Source: Pristiophorus japonicus
Lineage: Eukaryota
Reading direction: 5' to 3'
Assembly: GCF_044704955.1 (NCBI RefSeq)
Contig: NC_091984.1
Coordinates: forward strand, 145,700,001-145,764,000
Length of the DNA stretch: 64,000 nucleotides
The notes beneath the pieces were generated by a model. The model was not told where the DNA came from and searched no databases. It saw nothing but the letters and a program-made list of their open reading frames with translations. The translations under genes were made by a program, and so were the position numbers. Within the stretch, counting starts at the first letter, position 1. Every line of letters starts with the position of its first letter. This document shows positions 1 through 12,150 of this stretch, one piece after another.

Positions 1-300
1 CAGGGGACATAGTCTGAGGATAAGAGGTGAGCCATTTTGCACTGAGATGAGGAGAAACTTCTTCACTCAGAGATTTGTTAACCTGTGGAATTCCCTGCCG
101 CAGAGAGTTGTTGATGTCAGTTCATGGATATGTTCAAGAGGGAGTTAGATTTGGTCCTTACGGCTAAATGGATCAAGGGGTATGGAGAGAAAGCAGGAAA
201 GGGGTACTGAGGGAATGATTCGTTATAATCTTATTGAATGGCGGTGCAGGCTCGAAGGGCCGAATGGCCTGCTCCTGCACATATTTTCTGTGTTTCTATT
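1..300 (+). mobile_element. CR1-type LINE, 3' end (ORF2 C-terminus and 3' UTR)
   Basis: MRRNFFTQR..NLWNSLPQRVV coding; ends GGCTCGAAGGGCCGAATGGCC...TTCTGTGTTTCTAT, like the other CR1 tails in the window. Confidence 0.85.
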
Positions 301-2930
301 TTTCTTTGTAATTAATTGGTCTATCCCTTTCTCCCTTTTTAAAAAAAGGTGCAACATTAGCTATCCTCCAGTCCTCTGGCACCACACCTGTATCCCGAGA
401 ATTGGAAAATGATGGTCAGAGCCTCTGCTATTTCCTTTTTGCTTCTCTTAATAGCCTGGGATACATTTCATCAAGGCCTGGGGATTTATCCACTGTCAAA
501 TCTCGGAAACCCCTTAATACTTCCTCTCTCACTATCTTTATTTCATCTAATATTTCACACTTCTCTTCCCTGATTGCAATATCTGCATCGACCCTCTCTT
601 TTGTGAAAACAGACACAAAGTATTCATTAAGAACCATACCGACATCTTACATCTCCACACACAGATTACCTTTATGGTCTTTAATAGGCACTACTCTTTC
701 TGTAATTATCCTCTTGCTCTTAATGTATTTACAAAACATCTTTGGGTTTTCCTTGATTTTACTTGCCAAGATGTTTTCATGCTCTCTCTTTGCTTTCCTA
801 ATTTCCTTTTTAATTGCAGCCCTGCACTTTCTATACTCCTCAAAAGTTCCTGCAGTATTGAGCCCTCGGTGTCTGTAATAAGCCTCCCTTTTTTACTTTA
901 TCCTACACTGTATTTCCCTTGACATTCAGGACCTCTAGATTTGTTAGCCCCACCCTTTTTCTTTCAGGGAACAGACTTACTCTGAAACCACAGGATTTCC
1001 TCCTTGAATGCCTCCCACTGCTCTGACACTGATTTACCTTCAAGTAGCCGTTTCCAGTCCACTTTGGCTAAATCTCATCTCAGCTCAGCAAAATTGGCTT
1101 TTCCCCAATTGAGAACGTTTATTGCTGGTCTATATTTGTCCTTTTCTATAACTATTCGACATCTAACTGAATTATGATCACTGGCACCAAAATGCTCTCC
1201 CACTGATACCTCTTCCACCTGCCCCTCTTCATTCCCCAAAACCAAGTCCAGAACCGTCCCCTCCCTTTTTGGGCTTGTTACAAACTGGCTAAAAAAAGTT
1301 CTGCTGAAAGCATTTTAGGAATTCCACACCCTCTATACCTTTCACACTAATTTTATCCCAGTTAATTTTAGGGTAGTTGAAATCCCCTCCTATTACTGCC
1401 CTATAGTTTTTGCACTTGTCAGAAATGTGCCCACATATTTGCTCTTCTCTCTCCCTCTGACTGTTTGGGGGTCTATAGTACACTCCCAGCAGTGTGATTA
1501 CCCCTTTTTCGTTCTTCAATTCGACCTATATGGCCTCATTTGATGATCCTTCCGACATATCATCCCTCCTCACAGCTGTAATTGTTTCTTTCAATTGTTT
1601 CACAACTGCGACCCCCTCCTTTTTTATCCCCCTCTCTATCCCGTCTGAAAACCCTGTAACCACGAATGTTGAGCTGCCATACCTGCCCTTCTTTCAGCCA
1701 TGTCTCAGTAATAGCTATAATATCGTACTCCCAAGTGTCTATCTGTGCTCTCAGCTCATCTGCCTTATTCCCGAGACTCCATGCATTGAAGGATATACCA
1801 TATAGCACTGCCAAACTGCCTTGCTGTCTATTTTCTAAGCTTTGTTTCCTCTGTCTCCCAAATTCACTTTCTACTTTTCTGCTTTCTAATTCCAGCTTTG
1901 CTTCTCGCCCGACTGAATCTATTCTCTGGTTCCCATCCCCCTGCCAAGCTAGTTTAAACCCTCCCCAACCACACTAGCAAATGCTGCCGTGAGGATTTTG
2001 GTCCCAGCTCTGTTGAGGTGCAACCCATTCGGCTTGTACAGATCCCACCTCCCCCAGAAACGGTCCCAGAGCCTCAGGAAACTAAAGCTCTGCCTCAGGA
2101 AACTAAAGCTCTACCTCCTGCACCATCTCTCCAGCCATGACACCGGGAGTAACCCAGAGTTTACTACCTTTGAGGTCTTGCTTTTTAATCTCGCTCCTAG
2201 CTCCCAAAACTCTGCCTGTAGGACCTCATCCCTCTTTCTACCTATGTCATTGGTACCGATTTGGACCACAACCTCTGGCTGTTCACCCTCCCCCCTCAGA
2301 ATGTACTGCAGCCACTCAGTGTCATCCTTGAACCTGGCACCAGGCAGGCAACATACCATCCTAGAGTCACGTCTGCGGCCGCAGAAATGCCTGTCTGTTC
2401 CCCTAACTATCGAATCCCCTACCACTATTGCTCTTCCACTCTTCTTCCTCCTCCCTGTGCAACTGAGCCACCCGTGGTGCCGTGGATTTGCCTCTGGCTG
2501 CACTTCCTAGAGGCACCAGTACTCAGAACACCATACTGGTTGGAGAGCGAGATGGACTCAGGGGACTCCTGCACTACCTGCCTGGACCTCCTCTTCTGTC
2601 TGGTGGTCACCCATTCCCTCTCTGCCTGCACACTCTTAAGCTGCGGGGTGACCACCTCTAGAAACGTGCTATCCACGAAGTTCTCAGCCTCGCGGATGCA
2701 CCGCAGTGACTCCAGCCGCCGCTCAATCTCCGAAACGCGGAGCTCGAGTTGCTGTAGCTGGTGACACTTCCTGCACATGTGGTCGTCCAGGCCACGAGAA
2801 GTGTCCAGGACTTCTCACATGGCACAGGATGTGCTCTCCACGGGACAGAACTGCCCTGCCATGCCTCTATTTAATAGACTGAGAACTGATAGAGCAGAAA
2901 TAAAATTAAAACTATAAAAAAGCAGAAAAT
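301..2930 (-). mobile_element. Decayed CR1 LINE, 5' portion (ORF1 Zn-finger/SGNH esterase, APE endonuclease, start of RT region)
   Basis: ORFs CRKCHQLQQLELRV, VVGDSIVRG..VCCLPGAR..IGTNDIG, FNAWSL..IAITETWL, GVYYRPP..GDFNYP, KSPGLDEMYPRLLRE; frameshifts and deletions. Confidence 0.9.
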
Positions 2931-3034
2931 AGCCTGGCCGACATCAATCAGGCCATAATTTTTTCACCCCATCTTTCCTCATCTTTCCTGAGAGCTAAAA
3001 TTTTCCAGTCCAGGCAACTTCTTCCTGTGTGCAA

Positions 3035-3100
3035 TTGGTTGTAAAGCACTTTGGGACGTCCTGAGGTTGTGAAAAGTGCTCTATAAATTCAAGGCTTTAT
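3035..3100 (+). mobile_element. 3' tail fragment of Deu-type SINE or partner LINE
   Basis: TTGGTTGTAAAGCACTTTGGGACGTCCTGAGGTTGTGAAAAGTGCTCTATAAAT matches the tails at ~3960 and ~25600. Confidence 0.6.
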
Positions 3101-3565
3101 TTCATTGAAGTGGGAGGGCTCTCATCCTGACCTTCGCCAATTGTCTGCGCACTCTGACCTTCCAGGAGGTCATGGGATCATTGGGAGCAGTGACCCTGCC
3201 TGACCCCGGTACACTGATGCTGATTGTAGCCTCACCTTTGACCTCTGGGCAGCAAGCTTTTAAATACAATCTAGAAGCTTCTGCACCGACACCCAACATG
3301 AAGCCTTGCTGAAGTGTGTTTATACAAGTGTGCCGCAATGTTCCCGGATAAAGTTCTCCCGATCTGTGTGTGATCTGAGCTTTCTCACTGCTGAGCCTGT
3401 TTCCCCTGTATCCACCCATCGACAGTTCGAGCTTCCTGCCAGTGAACAGCGTCTTAACGGGACACTCAGTCTTTACCGACTCTTACTGTTAACCATTTCA
3501 GTGCTGAATGGGTGCCAACCCTGCACTGCAGATGTTTATACAACAGTCCAATATGATTTTGAGTA

Positions 3566-3989
3566 TCAGCCGTAGCTCAGTGCGTTGCACTCTCGCCTCT
3601 GAGTCAGAAGGTTGTGGATTCAAGTCTCAATCCAGGGACTTGAGCACAAAAATCTAGGCTGACACTGCAGTGCAGTGCTGATGGAGCACTGCACTGTCGG
3701 AGGTGCCGTCTTTTGGATGAGACTTTAAACCAAGGCCCGGTCTGCCCTCTCAGGTGGTTGTAATAGATCCCATGCCACTATTTCGAAGAAGAGCAGGGGA
3801 GTTCTCCCCGGTGTCCTGGTCAATATTTATCCCTCAACCAACATGACAAAAGAACAGATTATCAGGTCGTTATCACATCGTTGTTTGTGGGAGCTTGCTG
3901 TGCACAGATTGGTGGCTGTGTTTCCCACATTACAACAGTGACTACACTCCAAAAGTACTTCATTGGCTGTAAAGCGCTTTGAGATGTCC
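3566..3989 (+). mobile_element. tRNA-derived Deu-domain SINE (SacSINE1/AmnSINE1-like)
   Basis: tRNA-like head with A box (TAGCTCAGTGCG) and B box (GATTCAAGTCT), Deu-like core (..GATCCCATGCCACTATTTCGAAGAAGAGCAGGGGAGTTCTCCCCGGTGTCCTGG..) and tail AAGTACTTCATTGGCTGTAAAGCGCTTTG. Confidence 0.8.
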
Positions 3990-4197
3990 ACCTTACAATC
4001 AAACGCATTTCTATTCAGACTAAACTTATCAAACGAGGCAAAGAAGATTAAGAATTAGTGTTGCTAGCCTCTAATGATTAAACACCAGCCAGGAGTTCAT
4101 TAACCCAGCTCTCCGTTATCAGATGTGATTATCCACATACGGAGACACACACAAACATTAATATACACCTGTTAAACATCCTTCTCCTCCCTTTCAG

Positions 4198-4526
4198 GCC
4201 AAGAGAAGACACCACCCACGCTGACCCTGCTGCCCCCCTCCCTGGAGGAGGTCACGACCAAGGGCACTGCCACCCTGGTGTGCCTCGCCGATCACTTCTA
4301 CCCCGATGCGGTGGAGGTGGAGTGGAAGAAGGACGGGGAGACCATTTCGGCCGGGGTCCAGACCAGCGACTACCTGCGAGCTTCGGACAACACCTACAGT
4401 GTCAGCAGCCTGCTGACCCTCTCTGGCTCCGACTGGGAGTCCAACGCCAGCTTCGCCTGCAGCCTCACCCACGAGAGCCTCTCCTCTCCCCTCAGCAAGG
4501 GCATCAGGAGAGCAGAATGTGCGTAG
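4198..4526 (+). CDS. IGKC: Immunoglobulin light-chain constant exon (C1-set domain), most like shark kappa (type III)
   Basis: Acceptor CTTCTCCTCCCTTTCAG (AG 4196-4197), phase 1. Reads QEKTPPTLTLLPPSLEEVTTKGTATLVCLADHFYPDAVEVEWKKDG...YSVSSLLTLSGSDWESNASFACSLTHESLSSPLSKGIRRAECA*, with both domain Cys, the core Trp and the penultimate interchain Cys. Light-chain C call is firm; kappa isotype is from recalled shark sequences. Confidence 0.88.
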
Positions 4527-4616
4527 TGTGTCAGAGACAGTTCGGGGGAGACACAACTTTAAATAGAACAGGGGGTGAGCCGGGAGGCCAAAGGTCATTG
4601 TCAGCACTGCATTTGG

Positions 4617-4788
4617 AAACTGCTGCAGTACAGAGGGACCTGGGTGTCCTTGTGCATGAAACAGAAAAAGTTAGTATGCAGGTACAGCAAGTGATCAGGA
4701 AGGTCAATAGAATGTTGGCCATTATTGCAAGGGGGATGGAGTATAAAAGCAGGGAAGTCCTGCTACATCTGTACAGGGTATTGGTGAG
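4617..4788 (+). mobile_element. CR1 ORF2 fragment
   Basis: VQRDLGVLVH..QVQQVIRK..GMEYKSREVLLHLYRVLVR. Confidence 0.85.
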
Positions 4789-5572
4789 ACACTCTGAGAA
4801 CCCCCCCGATCACCCTGGTCCCCACCGTTCCACACAAGGTCAGCCCTCGATCACCCCCCCGGTCTCCCACCCCTCACCTGTCCCTCTCTACTAACCACCC
4901 ACCCCCCCAACGGGGATAATAATGGTATGCCCCCACCCCGCCCGGGACAATAACAATAATGGTATGCCCCCCACCCCCACCTCCCACCAGGACAGTAATG
5001 TTCAACCAAGCACCACGACAGATGCGAGACTGGTGGAAGAACTTCCTTCTGACTTCGGAAACATCTTCTCCTCCAGCCACTGAGGAGATTCTGCCGACTC
5101 CCCTCCCCCCCTCAACAGCAGCAGGCCTTGAGATCCCCTGCTGCAAGACATCTTGGTCCCATTACTCGGGGAGTTAAATGGGGTGTTACTACAAGGGGGT
5201 GTCAAGGTGCAGGAGGGAAGCATGGCCGCAGGTAGGGAGGGGGAGGGGTGGTGCAATATAGTCCTTAGTTCTTGTTAAAAATACATTTTTTGTTGAATGT
5301 TCACAGTTGGGGATGGTGGGAGGGTGTTATGTTATTGTACGTTACAAATGTTGACGCTTCGGGGTTGAGGTGGTGGGGTTATATATGTTTGTACAAAACA
5401 TTTTCACTTTCTTCTTTAATTATTAAACACATTAATTTAACTTTACAATTGTCCTGAAGTGTCTTCTTATAACATCAGTACAAAGGTTGGGAACAATGGC
5501 CAGGCCAGCCCAGGCCAGACAAGGATGAAACGTAACTGTCACCAATATAAGTTCACGCAAAACGTTCATTTA

Positions 5573-6590
5573 TTAGCTGCTGACACAAGAGGTTTGCAGC
5601 TGCGTAACTTCCACGGGGCTTTTCCAGTGTTGTGGGGGGCGGCGTGGGGGCATGGGTTCATCGCCAGGTTGATTGTCCTCATCCTCCTCCTCGTCCTCCT
5701 CCTCCTCGTCCTTCTCTTCAGCCTCTCCTCTCTCCTGAGGTGGACCGGCGGTCACATCTGGCAATTGTTGTCCTCCTCTTATAGCTAGGTTATGCAACAT
5801 GCAGCACACCACAATAAACTCAGTGACCTGCTCATGGTGGTATTGTAGGCTGCCACCTGAATGGTCCAGGCATCTGAAGCGTTGCTTAAGCATCCCAATT
5901 GTCTTTTCGATGATATTGCGTGATTACCTGTCGCAATATGGCTTTCATTGAAGCGCTTCTCGGCTTCTCTCTGGGGATTACGCAAGGGGCTCATGAGCCA
6001 GCTGGCAAGGCCACATCCTTTATCCCCCAGCATCCAACCGTGACCTTGTGGCTGACTCTTAAACAGGTCAGAGACAGTGTTCTCACACAAGAAATGCACA
6101 TCATATATGCTCCCTGGAAAATTAGCATTTTCTGCCAGAATTATTTGTTTGTGGTGGACAACGAGCTGCACATTCAGGGAGTGGAATCCCTTTCGGTTTT
6201 AAACAGCTCTTCATTCTGTAAAGTTGCTCTCAGGGCGATGTGCGTACAGTCTATTGCTCCCTGCACCTTGGGGAAGTTTGCTATTCTCGAGAACTCCAAA
6301 GCCCTCTCAGTCTGTGCCTCCCTGGTCATAGGGAAGCTTATAAAGTCACCTGTCGAATGCAACAATGTGTGGCATGCTAAGAGATACCGCAAATGTCGCC
6401 AGCAGAGGCCTGAAAGGAGCCCAATGCGTCGAAGGAAAGTGCCGCAGTAACCTTAACCTCAACAGGCAGTGCAGTCCTGATGGTGCTGGTAGGCTGCAGA
6501 TCTCCCTTAATTAACTGGCATATCTCACTGATGACCTCCTTTCAGAAGCACAGCCTCCCAATGCACGTGTAATTGGACAGAGCCGGGTAC
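5573..6590 (-). pseudogene. Harbinger DDE transposase, frameshifted
   Basis: ORFs 6174-6392, 5785-6171 and 5573-5893 join into a DDE_Tnp_4-like protein. Confidence 0.85.
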
Positions 6591-6629
6591 GATCGCTTAT
6601 CAGTGTATATGCATTGGGTATAACATCTC

Positions 6630-7020
6630 CTCCGGTTAGTCTGACATCAGTAGAGGGGAAAATGTTGAAGTCAATTATTAAGGATAAAATAGCAGTGCAT
6701 TTGAAGAGCAGTGACAGGATCGGTCCAAGTCAGCATGGATTTGTGAAAGGGAAATCATGCTTGACTAATCTTCTGGAATTTTTTGAGGATGTAACTAGTA
6801 GAGTGGACAAGGGAGAACCAGTGGATGTGGTGAATTTCGACTTTCAAGAGGCATTTAACTAGTCCCACATAAGAGATTGGTGTGCAAAATCAAAGCGCAT
6901 GGTATTGGGGGTAATGTACTGGCGTGGATGGAGAATTGGTTGGCAGACAGGAAGCATTGGTTGCCGAGTCGGGATAAACGGGTCCTTTTCGGAATGGGAG
7001 GCAGTGACTAGTGGAGTGCC
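6630..7020 (+). mobile_element. CR1 RT fragment inside the Harbinger element
   Basis: PVSLTSV..QHGFVKGKSCLTNLLEFFE..DF. Confidence 0.85.
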
Positions 7021-7429
7021 ACAAATTCACAAATTGATTCTCCTCACAAGTACCTGAAGCAGCCTTTCAGTACAGATCCTCCGAGTCACAAAATGACGTC
7101 CATAGTGCCGAGTACTGCCGACTAGTGCCGACTTTAGGTCAGGTGAGTGCAGCTTTTCTTCAGTGACTTTTTTGGCCAGCAATCATTTCGGCGACGTATG
7201 GGCGAAATGCCGAAAGTTGCGGTCGGCGATAATCTGAGCGATAATCTGGCGCAAGTTTCCATTTTCAGCCCAATTTTTGGCCTTGCATGCAGATGATGTA
7301 ATTTTTTTTTTAAATTAGGCCGGGCGATGCAGCACATTCATGTGTGCCAAAAGTTGGACCAGCAACAAATGGGCGATAATTGGGCGCTAGTTTCAACTTT
7401 TTAGCAAATATGGGCGATAGCCTGAATCT

Positions 7430-7810
7430 TTGCGCTTATATGGACGATTAATGGTCGCCAAATGGGCGATCAATGGGCGACAAATGAGCGATCAATGGTC
7501 AATAAATTGCCGATCAATGATCGATAAATGGGCAATCAATGGGCGATAAATGGGCGATCAGTGGGCGATAAATGAGTGATAACTGGGTGATAACTGGTCG
7601 ATCAATGGGCAATAAATGGCCAATAAATGAGCGATAACTAGGCGATAACTGGGCGCTCAATGGGCGATCAATGGGCGATAACTGGGCAATAAATGGGCGA
7701 TCAATGGGCGATCAATGGGTGATCAATGGGCGATAACTGGGCGATCAATGGGCGATCAATGGGTGATCAATGGGCGATCAATGGGCGATCAATGGGCGAT
7801 CAATGGGCCA
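7430..7810. repeat. 11-bp tandem array (TGGGCGATCAA / TGGGCGATAAC), Harbinger subterminal
   Basis: About 30 visible units, becoming more homogeneous toward 7810. Confidence 0.9.
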
Positions 7811-7839
7811 TGATGTGCTGAACGTCTAGCCCATAGAGT

Positions 7840-8040
7840 CTTTAACGTAGTAAAACATCCCAAGGCACTTCATAGGGGTGTTATAAGACAAAAAATATGA
7901 ATTTATGGCAGATGACAAAAAGCTTGCTCAAAGAGGTAGGTTTTAAGGCATGTTTTAAAGGAGGAGGAGAGAGATAGAGAGGTGGAGAGGTTTAAGGAGG
8001 GAGTTCTAGAGCTTGGCGCCGAAGCAGCTGGAGGCACATA
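7840..8040 (-). mobile_element. L2/CR1-clade LINE 3' end fragment
   Basis: LSLSSSFKTCLKTYLFEQAF C-terminus and tail AAGTGCCTTGGGATGTTTTACTACGTTAAA. Confidence 0.6.
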
Positions 8041-8049
8041 GATCAAGAA

Positions 8050-11000
8050 CCCCACAGATTCCTCGATACTGCACCATTCTGTAATCTCTCTCCATTTCAA
8101 GAATTTGCTTTTAATTTTTCCTCCCAAAGTGGATAACCTCACATTTTCCCACAATATACTTCATCAGCCAAATTTTTGCCCACTCACTTAGCCTATTTAC
8201 ATAACAACATAAGAAATAGGAGCAGGAGTAGGCCATACGGCCCCTCGAGCCTGCTCCGCCATTTAATAAGGTCATGGCTGATCCGATCATGGACTCAGGT
8301 CCACTTCCCTGCCCACTTCACATAACCCCTTTGTTGTGTATGAATAAGGAGTCTGACTGGATACTGTGAGCTCAAAGTAAAGTGCGACCTTAGTCTTTTA
8401 TTGCAGGTCTCCAGAGTGTCTCTCCAGCCTGTGAGGCCTCCTTAAATACCTGTGCTCCCAAGGGATTGTGTGATGAGCTCTCTGGTGGTTACACAAGGTA
8501 TATACAGGTTTACATATATAACACCCTTATTCCCTTATCAGTTAAGTAACTGTCTATCTCTTTCTTAAATTTATTCAATGACCAGCATCCACAGCTCTCT
8601 GAGGCAGCGAATTCCGCAGATTTACAACCCTCATTGTGATTGTGATTGTGATTGTGTTAAGTTCGTCCCAACCATCCACTATCCACTGTTGGGATATTAT
8701 TTGTGTCCACTACCGTAAAGACTGACACAAAATATTTGTTCAGAGTTTCTGCCATCTCCATGTTCCCCATCATTAATTCCCCGGTCTCTTCCTCTCAGGG
8801 ACCAACATTTATTTTAGCCACTCTTTTCCTTTTTATATACGTATAGAAACTCTTGCTATCTGTTTTTATATTTCGTGCTAGTTTACTTTCATCAACTATG
8901 TTCACTTTCTTAATCATTTTTTAAGTCATTCTTTGTTGGCTTTTAAAAGCTTCCCAATCTTCTGTCCTCCCACTAGTTTTGGTCCCCTTGTATGCCCTTG
9001 TTTTTAATTGGATACCATCCTTTATTTCTTTAGTTAGCTATGGATGGCTATCTTTTTTTTTCACCCTTTACAATCACTGGAAAATATTTTTCTTGAGAGT
9101 TATTAAAATATCTCCTTAAATGTACGTCACTGTTCATCAACCGTCCTAAACTTTAATCTATTTTCCCAGTCCACTTTAGCCAACTCTGCCCTCATACCTT
9201 TGTCGTCTCCTTTATTTAAGCTTTGTACGCTGGCTTGAGATTCAACTTTCTTGCCCTCCATCTGAATTTGAAATTCAATCATGCTATGATCACTCAGTCC
9301 AAGGGGATCCTTTACTAGGAGATTGTTTATTAATACTGTCTCATTATACAGGACCAGATCTAAGATAGCCTGCCCCCTGGTTGGTTCCTTTACATACTGC
9401 TCAAGGAACCCATTCCTTATGCACTCTACGAACTCCTCCTCAAGTCTATCCTGACCATTTTGATTTGTTCAATCAATGTGGAGGTTAAAATCACCCATAA
9501 TTATTGTTGTTCCCTTTTTACAAACCCTCACTATTTCTTGGTTTATACTCTGACCATCAGAGTTGCTACTGTTCGGGGGCCTATAGACTATGCCCACCAG
9601 TGACTTTTCCCCCTTATTATTCCTTATCTCCACACAAACTGTTTAAACATCCTGATCATTTGAGCCAATATCATTTCTCACTATTGCAGTGATTCCATCC
9701 TTTATCAACAGAGGTACCCCACCTGCTTTTACTTTCTGCCTGTCCTTCTGAATTGTCAAGTACCCCTGAATGTTTAGTTCCAAGTTTTGGTCACCTTGCA
9801 ACCACGTCGCTGTTGTGGCTATCAGATCATACCCATTTGTAACTATTTGTGCTGACAGCTCATCTGTTTTGTTACGAATGCTGTGTGTTTCAGATAAAGA
9901 GCTTTTAAATGTGTTTTCATATCATTTTCTCCTCCTATGGTCCCAGTTTCTGATACACTCTTTTGTTTCTATATTCTGTCCCTTCCTGTCACGCACTGGT
10001 TTTTGTTTCTCCCAATGCTACCCTGCTCTATTGCCTTGTTCTTTGAGCTTTTAGGTTTCTGCTCACCTGAACCCTCCCCGCTATGTATAGCCCTTTGCAG
10101 ATTCTTTGCGTCCTCCTCACAAATTGCTTTCCCAACTATCTTTGTATCATCAGCAAATTTCGCTACATAACACTTAGTCCCTTCATCCAAGTCATTAATA
10201 TAGATTGTAAATAGTTGAGGCCCCAGCATCAATCCCTGTGGCAGCCCACTAGTTACCATTTTCCAACCTGAAAATGGCCCATTTATCCCGATTCTCAGTT
10301 ATCTGTTAGTTAGCCAATCCTCTATCGATGCTAATATATCACCCCCAACCCCGTGTGTTCTTATCTTGTGCAGTAATCTTTTATGTGGCACGTTAACGAA
10401 TGCCTTCTGGAAATCCAAATACACAACATCTACTGGTTCCCCTTTATCCACCCTGCTCGTTACATCCTCAAAGAACTCCAGCAAATGTGTCAAACATGAT
10501 TACCGTTTCATAAAACCATGCTGACTCTGATTGACTGTATTATGATTTTCTAAATGTCCTGCTACTACTTCCTTAATAATGGACTCCAGCATTTTCCCCA
10601 ATGACAGATGTTACGCTAACTGGTCTATAGTTTCCTGCTTTCTGTCTCCCTCCTTTCTTAAATAGGGGCGTTACATTTGCCATTTTCTAATCCGCTGGGA
10701 CCTCTCCAGAATCCAGGGAATTTTAGTAGATTACAACCAAGGCATCCACTATCTCTGCAGTTACTTCTTTAAAGACCCTAGGGATGCCATCAGGTCAAGG
10801 GGACTTGTCCATCTTTAGTCCCATTTGTTTGCCGAGTACTTTTTCTCCAGTGACAGTGATTGTTTTAAGAACATATGAACATAAGAAATAGGATTAGGAT
10901 TAGTCCATTTGGCCCCTCGAGTCTGCTCCACCATTGAATAAGATCATGGCTGATCTGATCATGGACGCTCCCCATAACCTTTTATTCCCTTATCGCTCAA

Positions 11001-12150
11001 AAATCTGTCTGTTTCCGCCTTAAATATATTCAATGACCCAGCCTCCACAGCTCTCTGCGGCAGAGAATTCCACAGATTTGCAACCCTCTGTGAGAAGAAA
11101 TTTCTCCACATCTCAGTTTTAAATGGGCAGCTCCTTATTCTAAGACTATGTCCCCTAGTTTTAGTTTCCCCTTTGAGTGAAAATATCTTCTCTGCATCCA
11201 CCTTGTCGAGTCCCCTCATTATTTTATATGTTTCAATAAGAATCCTCTCATTCTTCTGAACTCCAATGAGTATCGGCCCAACTTACTCAACCTATCTTCA
11301 TGTCAACCCCCTCATCTCTGGAATCAACCTAGTGAACCTTCTCTGAAATGCCTGCAATGCAAGTATGTCCTTCCTTAAATACAGAGACCAAAACTGCATG
11401 CAGTATTCGAGGTGTGGTCTCACAGTTGTAGCACAACTTTTCTGCTTTTATACTCTATCCCCCTTGCAATGATTTGCCTTCCTGATTAAGTTCGCCCCTC
11501 TCAAAAGCCCCTTGATTATCAATTATTCGGATGTTTCTAGTGTTTTCTATCATGAAGACCAAGACAAAATATTTGTTGAAAGTTTCTGCAATTTCCCTGT
11601 TCCCCATTATTAATTCCTCAGTCTCATCCTTGAAAGGACCAACGTTTACTTTAACTACTCTCTTCCTTTTTATATACCTGTATAAGTTCTTATTGTCTGT
11701 TTTTATATTTCTTGCTAGTTTACTCTCATAAACTGTCTTCTCTCTATTATTTTTTTTGTTGTCCTTTGCTGGTTTCAAAAAATTTTCCAATCCTCTGGCT
11801 TTCCATTATTCTTCGCAACATTGCATGCTTTTGTTTTTAATTTGACACCATCCTTTCCTTCCTGAGTTAGCCATGGATGGTTCATCCTTCTCTTAGAGTC
11901 TTTCTTTCTCACTGGAATATATCTTTGCTGAGAGTTATGAAATATCTCCTTAAATATTTGCCAGTGCTTCTTTACTGTCTTACACTTCAGTATATTTTCC
12001 CAGTCCACTTTAGCCAACTCTGCCTTCATACCTTTGTAATTCCCTTTATTTAAGTTCAGGACCCTAGTTTGAGACTAAGGTTTCTCACCCTCAAAATGAA
12101 TTTGAAATTCTACCATGCTATGATCACTCTTCCCAAGAGGATCCTTTACT
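8050..12150 (-). mobile_element. Cluster of nested or abutting antisense CR1 fragments
   Basis: 3' tails at ~8200 and ~10868; APE region 9300-9900; RT (PQGLMLGP, KFADD, YLDFQKAF) 10080-10860; linker 11490-12150. Confidence 0.85.
8332..8523 (-). mobile_element. Solo LTR (Gypsy-type) in a CR1 3' UTR
   Basis: TGTTG...TAACA termini; 5-bp TSD CCCTT at 8327-8331 and 8524-8528; shares blocks with the LTR at 30709-30931. Confidence 0.85.

Larger units (their letters stand above)
4789..7832 (-). mobile_element. Decayed PIF/Harbinger DNA transposon (transposase on - strand; one terminus at 7832)
   Basis: HARBI1-like pieces FPKVQGAIDCTHI, NANFPGSIYDVHFL, GWMLGDKG, LKQRFRCLDHSGGSLQY..VVCCMLHNLAI plus acidic tail; subterminal repeats; terminus ..TCTAGCCC. 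Confidence 0.82.

Noticed and set aside
3566-3640. tRNA gene
   Set aside because: It is a SINE head continuing into the Deu core and tail, with no intact cloverleaf or terminator
2930-4190. J segment upstream of the C exon
   Set aside because: No FGxG motif with RSS and splice donor seen; J is presumably upstream of the window
4280-4894. 204-aa ORF overlapping the Ig exon
   Set aside because: Alternate frame of a GC-rich exon running into a CR1 fragment
7430-7810. CRISPR-like array
   Set aside because: Contiguous 11-bp units without spacers, in a eukaryotic context
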